From NCBI GenBank assembly GCA_038248205.1, contig JBBRUC010000004.1, forward strand, positions 18 to 64,017: 64,000 nucleotides of DNA. Reading direction: 5' to 3'. The position numbers and the translations under genes were made by a program. Below are positions 33,359-41,626 of this stretch, piece after piece. Origin of the DNA: Thermoanaerobaculia bacterium (GTDB lineage: Bacteria; Acidobacteriota; Thermoanaerobaculia; Multivoradales; UBA5704). A model generated the notes under the pieces. That model did no database searches. It worked only from the letters and a program-made list of their open reading frames with translations, and was not told the DNA's origin. Every line of letters begins with the position of its first letter. Position 1 is the first letter of the stretch.

Positions 33359-35800
33359 ATGTTCAATCGGCGTTCGATTTTCGTAGTCCTTGCCTTCACT
33401 CTGGTTCTGTTGCCCTTCTGGGGCTGCCCCAAAAAGGGGCCGGTCCAAGACGAAGCGATGCAGGCCCACCGCACGGCGGAGACCTTCCCGGCGGCTGACG
33501 AAGATTATTTCCACGACATGGACGGCGGCGTGCCCTTGACCCCGGCCGAGGTCAAGGGGCGCAACAACTGGATCGTCTGGACCGGCGGCAACGATCGCTT
33601 CTGGGACACGATCTCGGGCGACAGCGTCGGCACGCTCGACCTGCTGAAGACGATCTCGTCCAAACCCGAGCTGGGCTACGGCCGCTCCAACCGTTGGCAC
33701 TATCTGGGTCTGGTCAACGAGCCCTGCTTCGAGGAGGCGAAGGGACCCGATCCCGAACATCACGGCCTCTGGCTCGATCAGCGGCGTCCCGACTGTCCTC
33801 CGGATCCGTTCGAGAACGAGGCCAAATACGCCGGAGTGAAGCTCGGGGCGCGCGGCGATACCGTGCCGGTGGGCTCGTACTACGGCGAGCCGACCGGGAT
33901 CGTCGGGCTCCGGCTCTTCCCCAATCCGGCCTTCGACGAGAAGGCGAAGGCGGCGTGGAAGCCCGAGGAGTACTACAGCGACTCAAAGTATTTCCTGCGC
34001 AAGGATCTGGTGAAGCCCTACCGGGTCGGCATGTCGTGCGGCTTCTGTCACGTCGGGCCGAACCCGGTCCATCCGCCGGCCGATCCGGAGAATCCGCAGT
34101 GGGCCGATCTCTCCTCGAACGTCGGCGCGCAGTATCTTTGGATCGACAACATCTTCAACTGGGACAAGACCGACCGGGATTCGAGCTTCGCCTACCAGCT
34201 CTTCCGCACCTCGCGGCCCGGCGCCCTCGATACCTCGCTGGTTTCCACCGACAACATCAACAACCCGCGCACCATGAACGCCGTCTACGGCGTGGCTTGG
34301 CGGCTGGCCAACGCCCAGCACCAGGGTAAGGAGACGCTGGCCGGCGGCGGCTTGAACAACCGGCAGTTCCACGAATTCCCGCAGACCACAGCGCTCAGCG
34401 CGTCGTTCCAGGCGCCGGACACCGTGTTCACCCCCCGGGTGCTGAAGGACGGTTCCGACTCGGTCGGCGCACTCGGCGCCTTGAACAGGGTGTTCTTGAA
34501 CATCGGCCTGTTCAGCGAGGAATGGCTGCTGCACTTCAAGCCCTTGATCGGCGGCAAGCCGATCACGCCGATCGAGATCGCGGTGATGCGGAAGAATTCG
34601 AGCTATTGGCTGGCGACCGAGCAGCAGACGCCGGATCTCGCCCTCTTCTTCTTGAAGAGCACGGCGCCGCACCTGCTGAAGGACGCGCCGGGAGGAGCGG
34701 CCTACCTGAGCACGGACGCCAAGGTGCTCGATCGCGGCAAGGTCGTCTTCGCCGAAACTTGCGCGCGCTGCCATTCGAGCAAGCTGCCGGAGGGGGCACC
34801 GGTCGCCGATGTCGGGATCTGCGCCGGCCCGGGGTACCTCGACTGCTGGAACCGCTACTGGGAGTGGACCCAAACCGAGGAGTTCAAGGCCGCGATGAGG
34901 AAGATCGTAATGGAGCCGGACTTCCTCGACCAGAACTTCCTGTCGACCGAGCTGCGGGTGCCGGTGACGCTGTTACAGACCAACGCCTGCAGCCCGCTGG
35001 CCACCAACGCCATCGAGGGGAACATCTGGGACAACTTCTCCTCGCGGTCCTACAAGGATCTGCCGTCGGTCGGCACGATCACCGTGCATCATCCATACAC
35101 CGGCGAGGAGCGCCAGTTCAAGATGCCGGCGGGCGGCCGCGGTTACACCCGTCCCGCTTCGCTGATCAGCCTCTGGTCTACCGCGCCCTTCCTGCTCAAC
35201 AACACGGTCGGGCCGTTCGACCCCGAGCCCTCGGTCGAGGGGCGCATGCGCTCGTTCAACGCCTCGATCGAACAGATGCTCTGGCCCGAGAAGCGCGACA
35301 AGGACAAGGTGTTCGGCGATAGGGTGTTCGGCGTCATCGACCGCACGGAGGGCAGCAGCTATCTGCGGGTTCCTTCCGGCTTCGTCCCCGAGCGGCTCAG
35401 GAAGCTGCGCGGCGCGGTCGGGGCGATCGCCCCGGCGGTGATCGGCAAGGACGGCATCGAGATCGGACCGATCCCGGACGGCACACCGGTCAACCTGCTC
35501 ACCAATCTCGACCTCTTGGGCGAGCCCCAGAATGCCGCGGAGCGGGTTAAGCGAGACGTAGCGATCCTAGATCTCCTGGTGCGCATCAAACACGATCTGA
35601 AGAGCCTGCCCAAGGGCGCCACCGACGAGCAGGCGCGAAAGGCCTTCGCCAACCTGGTCGAGCCGATGCTCAAGTTCAGCAAGTGTCCGGACTTCGAGGT
35701 CAACCGCGGCCACTATTTCGGTACCGGCAAGGTGCCGGGAGAACCGGCTCTGTCGGATGACGACAAGCGGGCGCTGATCGAGTTTTTGAAGACGCTCTAG
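33359..35800 (+). CDS. large dihaem c-type cytochrome-like lipoprotein
   Basis: Starts at ATG 33359. Lipobox-like LLPFWGC. Two CXXCH motifs (CGFCH and CARCH), the second in a G..VF...C..CH cytochrome c context. Confidence 0.75.
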   Translation: MFNRRSIFVVLAFTLVLLPFWGCPKKGPVQDEAMQAHRTAETFPAADEDYFHDMDGGVPLTPAEVKGRNNWIVWTGGNDRFWDTISGDSVGTLDLLKTISSKPELGYGRSNRWHYLGLVNEPCFEEAKGPDPEHHGLWLDQRRPDCPPDPFENEAKYAGVKLGARGDTVPVGSYYGEPTGIVGLRLFPNPAFDEKAKAAWKPEEYYSDSKYFLRKDLVKPYRVGMSCGFCHVGPNPVHPPADPENPQWADLSSNVGAQYLWIDNIFNWDKTDRDSSFAYQLFRTSRPGALDTSLVSTDNINNPRTMNAVYGVAWRLANAQHQGKETLAGGGLNNRQFHEFPQTTALSASFQAPDTVFTPRVLKDGSDSVGALGALNRVFLNIGLFSEEWLLHFKPLIGGKPITPIEIAVMRKNSSYWLATEQQTPDLALFFLKSTAPHLLKDAPGGAAYLSTDAKVLDRGKVVFAETCARCHSSKLPEGAPVADVGICAGPGYLDCWNRYWEWTQTEEFKAAMRKIVMEPDFLDQNFLSTELRVPVTLLQTNACSPLATNAIEGNIWDNFSSRSYKDLPSVGTITVHHPYTGEERQFKMPAGGRGYTRPASLISLWSTAPFLLNNTVGPFDPEPSVEGRMRSFNASIEQMLWPEKRDKDKVFGDRVFGVIDRTEGSSYLRVPSGFVPERLRKLRGAVGAIAPAVIGKDGIEIGPIPDGTPVNLLTNLDLLGEPQNAAERVKRDVAILDLLVRIKHDLKSLPKGATDEQARKAFANLVEPMLKFSKCPDFEVNRGHYFGTGKVPGEPALSDDDKRALIEFLKTL

Positions 35801-35835
35801 GGGCGAGGAGGTTTAGGGGCGAGGGGGAGATCGGC

Positions 35836-37704
35836 ATGGACGAGGAGTTCGACTACATCGTCGTGGGGTCGGGGGCCGGCGGCGGCCCCCTGGCCGCTAA
35901 TCTCGCTCTCGCCGGGCACCGCGTGTTGGTGCTGGAGGCCGGGGGCGGTCCGCCGAGCGAAGGCTCGCAAGAGGCTTACAACTACCAGGTTCCGGCCTTC
36001 CACCCGAACGCCTCGGAAGAGCCGGGAATGTCCTGGCAGTTCTTCGTCCGTCACTACGCCGACGAGGCACAGCAGAGGAAAGACACCAAGTACGAGCACG
36101 AAAAGAAGGGGATCTTTTATCCCCGCGCCGGCACACTCGGCGGCTGCACGGCGCACAACGCGATGATTCTCGTCTACCCGCACAACAGCGACTGGGACGG
36201 GATCGCCGAGCTGACCGGCGATTCCTCGTGGAGCGCCGAGTCGATGCGGCGTTACTACGAGCGGCTGGAGAACTGTCAATACCGACCGATCGTACGCTTT
36301 TTCCATCGCCACTTCGGTTGGAACCCGAGCCGCCACGGCTTCTCCGGCTGGCTGTGCACCGAGGAGGCGGACATCAAACTCTTGTTGGCCGACAAGATTC
36401 TGAGCTGGGTGGTCGAGGGGTCGGTGGTGAGAAGCCTGTTCAGTTCGGGCGCCGGTCTCGGGCAGGTGATCAAGCACGTCGTCTTCTGGCTGTGTACGTT
36501 CGGCGATCCGAACAGCTGGCGGTCGGTGACGGGGCGCTCGGAGGGGTTCCGGCAGGTCCCTCTGTCACGCGCCAAGGGCCGGCGGACGGGAAGCCGGGAG
36601 CGACTGCTGGATGTCCAAAAGCAGCATCCGGATCGACTGACCCTGCGCACCGGCTGCCTTGTCACCCGCGTGGTGTTCGACAGCGACAAGCGGGCGACCG
36701 GTGTCGAGTACCTGGAAGGGGAGCATCTCTACAGTGCCGACGCGATGCACCAACCCGAGGCGCAGGCGACAACGCGGCAGGTTGGTGCTCGGCGCGAGGT
36801 GATCCTGGCTGGCGGCGCCTTCAATACGCCGCAGCTCCTGCAGCTCTCCGGCGTCGGCCCGGCCGAGCTGCTCAAACAAAAGGAGATCCCGGCCGTCTTA
36901 GATCTCCCCGGGGTCGGCGCCAATCTCCAGGACCGCTACGAGATCTCGGTCGTCCTGCGGATGAAGAAGCGGTTCTCCTCGTTCGAGCGCGCGACCCTGA
37001 AGCCGCCGGAGCCGGGTGAGGAGCCCGATCCGCAATTGAAAGAGTGGCAGGAGGGCCGTGGCGTTTACACCACCAACGGCGCCGCGATGGCCTTCATCCG
37101 CCGCTCCTCTCCCGACAAAGTCGACCCCGATCTCTTCCTGTTCGGCCTGGTGACCCATTTCTACGGCTATTTCCTCGGATACTCGAAAGTCATCCAGGAG
37201 GCGCGCGACTACTTCTCCTGGACCGTGCTCAAGGGTCATACCAACAATACCGGCGGCTGTGTCGCGATCCGCTCAAAAAACCCGCTCGAAACGCCGGAGA
37301 TCAACTTCCACTATTTCGAGGAAGGGACCGATACCACCGGTGCCGATCTAGAAGCGGTGGTGGACGGGCTGGAATTCATCCTCGGCATCACCAAGACGTA
37401 TCAATGCCTGGTCGAGAAAGAAGTGCTGCCGGGCGAAACGCTCCACAGACGAGAAGACCTCAAACAATACGTGCGCGACCAGGCCTGGGGGCACCACGCC
37501 TCCTGCACCTGCAAGATCGGTGCGGACGACGATCCGATGGCGGTTCTCGACAGCAAATTCCGCGTCCGCGGTACGAAGGGCTTGCGGGTGGTCGACGCCT
37601 CGGTCTTCCCGCGCATCCCGGGCCTGTTCATCGTGTCGGCGGTCTACATGATCGCCGAGAAGGCGAGCGACGTGATCCTCGCCGACGCCTGCGCGGCCCC
37701 ATGA
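35836..37704 (+). CDS. GMC family FAD-dependent oxidoreductase
   Basis: FDYIVVGSGAGGGPLAANLALAGHRVLVLEAGG is the GMC N-terminal FAD fold. The C-terminus has HHASCTCKIG...VVDASVFP, the GMC signature with the active-site His region. Confidence 0.9.
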   Translation: MDEEFDYIVVGSGAGGGPLAANLALAGHRVLVLEAGGGPPSEGSQEAYNYQVPAFHPNASEEPGMSWQFFVRHYADEAQQRKDTKYEHEKKGIFYPRAGTLGGCTAHNAMILVYPHNSDWDGIAELTGDSSWSAESMRRYYERLENCQYRPIVRFFHRHFGWNPSRHGFSGWLCTEEADIKLLLADKILSWVVEGSVVRSLFSSGAGLGQVIKHVVFWLCTFGDPNSWRSVTGRSEGFRQVPLSRAKGRRTGSRERLLDVQKQHPDRLTLRTGCLVTRVVFDSDKRATGVEYLEGEHLYSADAMHQPEAQATTRQVGARREVILAGGAFNTPQLLQLSGVGPAELLKQKEIPAVLDLPGVGANLQDRYEISVVLRMKKRFSSFERATLKPPEPGEEPDPQLKEWQEGRGVYTTNGAAMAFIRRSSPDKVDPDLFLFGLVTHFYGYFLGYSKVIQEARDYFSWTVLKGHTNNTGGCVAIRSKNPLETPEINFHYFEEGTDTTGADLEAVVDGLEFILGITKTYQCLVEKEVLPGETLHRREDLKQYVRDQAWGHHASCTCKIGADDDPMAVLDSKFRVRGTKGLRVVDASVFPRIPGLFIVSAVYMIAEKASDVILADACAAP

Positions 37705-37746
37705 ATCTCTGAAGCTCAAAGGCTGCCGCGAAAAGGAGGAGTCATC

Positions 37747-40467
37747 GTGTCGAAGCCCGCACCGGAAGGTCCGCAAGGTCCGATCCACTTCGTCCAGGTC
37801 CTCTGGGACGAGCTGCTGCACCTGAAGCGCCGGGAACCCGAGGAAGCGACTCCAGAGCTCAAGGATCTCTTCCATCGCATCGGCGGTTGGACGCGCGAGA
37901 AGGGTCTGAGCGCCCTCTGCTTTTCCGGTGGCGGCATTCGCAGCGCGACCTTCAACCTGGGGGTCATCCAGGCCTTCGCGAAGATGGGGCTCCTCTCGCG
38001 CTTCGACTATCTTTCCAGCGTCTCGGGAGGCGGTTACATCGCCGGCTGGCTCAAGGCCTGGCTGTACCGTCGGCCGATCGAAGAGGTGCAGAAGGAGCTG
38101 GTCGATCCGGCGGAGCGCAAAGGGTTCGATCCGCTCTGCCCGGAGGCGCCGTCGCTCACCCATTTGCGCGAGTACAGCAACTATCTCACCCCTCGGGTCG
38201 GCCTGTTTTCCGCCGACACCTGGACCGCCGGGGCGCTGATCGTGCGGAACCTGCTGCTCAACTGGTTGGTCTTGCTCCCCGCCCTGGCGGCCGTGATCAG
38301 CATTCCGCAGGTCGGTCTCATCGTGGCCAGCGGAGCGACCGAGTCGGTGGAATGGGCGCAGTGGGGGCTGTGGGCCGCCGCGGCATCCGCCCTGTTTTCG
38401 GGCACCATGATTTACCACTTCCGCAACCAGCGTCGGGTGCCGCCGGACGAGCGCCGGATCGTCCTCTTCGGGGTCGCCCCGCTCTGGCTGTCGAGCCTCT
38501 TCCTCGCTCTCGTCGGCCTGTGGTCGCCGCCCGTCGAGCCGGAGCCCCTCTTTCTCTTTTGCCTTTTTTGGTGCGTGGGTATCCCGCTCCTCGGCTGGGT
38601 TCTCGGCCGTCTGACGGCCGGCCGCCAGGAGGTCAGGGAACCCGCCTCCTCCGACCTGCTCGGCCTGGTCATTTCAGGAGTCGTCGCCGCGATCATCTTG
38701 CAGGGCATTACTCTCTCCTGGCTGCCCTGGCTGCGGCAGAAGCCCGGCTTCTTCGTCGTCTTGGCAGTCCCCATCCTGCTCGGACTCTACCTTTTGGCGC
38801 GCTCTCTCTTCGTCGCCTTCGCGAGCCTCGGGGAGGCCGACCAACCGGCCCAGCCGGGTGAGACGCCGCACAGCGAAATCGGGTACGCCGACAGGGAGTG
38901 GTGGGCTCGCCTCTCGGGGTGGGTCCTGCTGTTGGCCATCGGGTGGATGGGGGTCAGCGCACTGGTCGTTTTCGGGGGGTTCCTTGATGTGAGCGGGGCC
39001 AGTCTCGCGAGCTTAGGCAGTACGGGGCTCGTTTCGACCCTGGTCACCATATTCATGGGCGCCAGCCGCAAGACGGGAGGGCGGCCGACGGAAACCGCGA
39101 AGGAGCCACCGTCGCCGGGGAAAGAGTTGGCGCTCCGGCTGGCCGCGCCGCTCACCGCGGCCTTCCTCGTCGTCCTGCTCGCGCGGTTCAACGTCTTCGC
39201 GGCTGGAAAGTTGCTTTGGGGCACCCTTGGCCTCAGGCTCGAAAACCTCGCCAAACTGTGGGAGCCCGCGCCCGAGGCCAGGCTCCAGGAAGCTGGGACG
39301 CTGCTCGAGGTCTTCTTGGTCTTCCTCCTCGTCCCCTTCGGCTTCGCCGCCCTCTCCTGGCTGCTCGGCTGGGTGGTCAACGTCAACCGCTTCTCGGCCC
39401 AGGGGCTCTATCGCAACCGCCTCACGCGGGCCTATCTCGGCGCTTCGAACCTCGAGCGCAAACCCGATCCGTTCACCGGTTTCGACCCCAAGGACAACCT
39501 GCCGCTCCACGAACTCGCCAAGGGTGCGACCCCCTCTCCGCTGCCGGTGATCAACGTCACCTTGAACCTCGTGGGCAGTGCCAAGTTGGCCTGGCAGCAG
39601 CGGAAGGCCGAATCGTTCTCCATGACGCCTCTGTACTGCGGCAACTTTCAGGAAGGGTATCGCCGCTCGAAAGATTACGGCGGTCCCGACGGCATCTCGC
39701 TGGGAACCGCGATGACCATCTCCGGTGCGGCGGCGAACCCGAGCGCCGGGTACCACTCCTCGCCGTTCATCGCCTTCTTGCTCACGCTGTTCAACGTCCG
39801 TCTCGGCAGCTGGCTCGGCAATCCGAACGAATACGGAGCGAAGGTGTTCGGCCGCTCCGGTCCGCGGCACGCCTGGAAGCCGCTGTTCGCCGACCTGCTG
39901 GGGATGACCGACCGCAAGCACGCCTACGTCAGCCTTTCGGACGGCGGTCATTTCGACAACCTGGGAGTCTATGAGATGGTCTTGCGCCGCTGCCGTTTCA
40001 TCGTGGCGAGCGATGCGGGGCAGGACCAGGACTACAACTTCGAAGAACTCGGTTCTTTGGTGCGCAAGGTGCGGACCGACTTCGGTATTCCGATCGATTT
40101 CTCGGACGAGATCCGCATCCTGTCGCGCAACGCGGACGGCTCGGGGCTCTTCTACGCCCTGGGCAAGATCCACTACGAATGCGTCGATGGCCCGACGGCT
40201 GAGCCCGGCTGGCTGCTCTACGTCAAGCCGACCTTACGCGCCGAAGGGGCGCCGCTGCCTCCGGATGTCCTCGGCTATTCGCGCTCTTCTCCGACCTTTC
40301 CGAATGAACCGACCTCGGACCAGTGGTTTACCGAGGCCCAGTTCGAGAGTTACCGCGCGCTCGGTTATCACCTGGTACACCAGCTTGGCGGTGCCGGGCC
40401 ATTCCCGGACCTGCCGTCCCTTTTCGCGGCGATCGCGCCGTCGGCGCCGCAGCCAACCAGCGGCTAA
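37747..40467 (+). CDS. patatin/cPLA2-like phospholipase with a large multi-TM insertion
   Basis: Oxyanion motif CFSGGGIRS (residues about 59-66), nucleophile elbow SVSGGG (Ser about 93) and catalytic Asp motif LSDGGHFDNLG (Asp about 732, nt 39940). About ten hydrophobic helices lie between the Ser and the Asp. GTG start. Confidence 0.85.
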   Translation: MSKPAPEGPQGPIHFVQVLWDELLHLKRREPEEATPELKDLFHRIGGWTREKGLSALCFSGGGIRSATFNLGVIQAFAKMGLLSRFDYLSSVSGGGYIAGWLKAWLYRRPIEEVQKELVDPAERKGFDPLCPEAPSLTHLREYSNYLTPRVGLFSADTWTAGALIVRNLLLNWLVLLPALAAVISIPQVGLIVASGATESVEWAQWGLWAAAASALFSGTMIYHFRNQRRVPPDERRIVLFGVAPLWLSSLFLALVGLWSPPVEPEPLFLFCLFWCVGIPLLGWVLGRLTAGRQEVREPASSDLLGLVISGVVAAIILQGITLSWLPWLRQKPGFFVVLAVPILLGLYLLARSLFVAFASLGEADQPAQPGETPHSEIGYADREWWARLSGWVLLLAIGWMGVSALVVFGGFLDVSGASLASLGSTGLVSTLVTIFMGASRKTGGRPTETAKEPPSPGKELALRLAAPLTAAFLVVLLARFNVFAAGKLLWGTLGLRLENLAKLWEPAPEARLQEAGTLLEVFLVFLLVPFGFAALSWLLGWVVNVNRFSAQGLYRNRLTRAYLGASNLERKPDPFTGFDPKDNLPLHELAKGATPSPLPVINVTLNLVGSAKLAWQQRKAESFSMTPLYCGNFQEGYRRSKDYGGPDGISLGTAMTISGAAANPSAGYHSSPFIAFLLTLFNVRLGSWLGNPNEYGAKVFGRSGPRHAWKPLFADLLGMTDRKHAYVSLSDGGHFDNLGVYEMVLRRCRFIVASDAGQDQDYNFEELGSLVRKVRTDFGIPIDFSDEIRILSRNADGSGLFYALGKIHYECVDGPTAEPGWLLYVKPTLRAEGAPLPPDVLGYSRSSPTFPNEPTSDQWFTEAQFESYRALGYHLVHQLGGAGPFPDLPSLFAAIAPSAPQPTSG

Positions 40468-40479
40468 AGGAGCGAAGCC

Positions 40480-41550
40480 ATGGTCACCTTTTACGGCGAG
40501 GAAGGGCTCACCGCAGAGGATCTCGCGTTCCGTGGGTCCCGCTTTTCGGAGGTACACGAAGCGGCCTTCTCCAACCCCTATCAGAAGATTTGGGGGGCCG
40601 CCGGAGTGCCGGCTTTGCCGGTCCACAAGGTGGCTCTCGGCGGGGTCTTGCGCGGCATCCTTCCCGGGGGGCGGCCGTATACCTTCCGCCAGGCGGCCGT
40701 GCGCACGGTCTCGACCCGGAACGATCTGCGCTGGGGACCCGACGACAAAGGCTACCGGCGCCTGCTGCACACCAATGGGATCATCCTGTTCGGCGAGTGG
40801 GAGATCACCGAAGCCACCCCCTATTCCGGCTACTTTCGCGAGGGGAGCCGGGCGCTCCTCGCGGCGCGCTATTCCACCTGCTGCACCGAAACCCGGCGCG
40901 GCTCGGGCCGCTCGCTCTCGCTGGTGGCGCGCCTCTATCCCACCGCCGACCCGGAGCATGCCGCGCCGCTGCCCACCGCCGGTTTGATCACACAACAGGA
41001 CATCGGCGGCGATTTCTCCACCCACATCAACGACGCCGAGCTGAGAAACGCGCCCGACGTGACTGCGCTGCGCCGCGGCGGTGGATTGCCGATCATCCTG
41101 ATCACCGGCCTGCTGTTCGGCAAGGTGAACAAAGAAAGCTCCGTGCGCCAACTCTACGAAATCGCTGAGCTGGGCAAGAGCCCCGCCGAGCCCACCCTCT
41201 CACCGCTCTACATCCGCCTCTTGGTCGCCGATGAACAGCCGCGGATCCCCGGCGAGCGGCTCGATTTCCGCGACGAGGTGATGGCGCAGATCTACGACCC
41301 GGGCGATCCGGCGCCGAAGCGCAAGTTGGTTTTCCATATCGAAGTGACCGATCAGGCGAAGTTCGGCGGCTTCACCGACGCCTACCGTAGGGTGACTTTC
41401 GAGAACTGGCGGCGGATCGGCAAGATCACCTTCGACTGCGCGGTGGCCTCCTACAACGGGGACTTCGTCATCCACTTCCACCACCCCCGCTGGCGGACGG
41501 ACGCCAACGACCCGAAGTCCGAGCTGCCGGTGAAGGGGGAGAAGGGCTGA
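40480..41550 (+). CDS. hypothetical protein, possibly a catalase-related haem fold (weak)
   Basis: 356-aa ORF starting 12 nt after the patatin stop. RRLLHTNGIILFGEWEIT resembles the catalase distal RxxHxxGxxxxGxF motif. I could not identify a clear proximal R...Y motif. Confidence 0.65.
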   Translation: MVTFYGEEGLTAEDLAFRGSRFSEVHEAAFSNPYQKIWGAAGVPALPVHKVALGGVLRGILPGGRPYTFRQAAVRTVSTRNDLRWGPDDKGYRRLLHTNGIILFGEWEITEATPYSGYFREGSRALLAARYSTCCTETRRGSGRSLSLVARLYPTADPEHAAPLPTAGLITQQDIGGDFSTHINDAELRNAPDVTALRRGGGLPIILITGLLFGKVNKESSVRQLYEIAELGKSPAEPTLSPLYIRLLVADEQPRIPGERLDFRDEVMAQIYDPGDPAPKRKLVFHIEVTDQAKFGGFTDAYRRVTFENWRRIGKITFDCAVASYNGDFVIHFHHPRWRTDANDPKSELPVKGEKG

Positions 41551-41586
41551 GCCAAGGCTTTTTCGGCCTCCCTTTGGGAGGAACCC

Positions 41587-41625
41587 AAGAGCCCTCTCCC
41601 GCTTTCGGAAGAGGGCTCTTTGAAA
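41587..41625 (+). terminator. hairpin terminator between convergent operons
   Basis: AAGAGCCCTCTCCC-GCTTTC-GGAAGAGGGCTCTT has 14-nt arms with 1 mismatch, followed by TTGAAATT. The U-tract is weak. Confidence 0.4.
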
Positions 41626-41626
41626 T

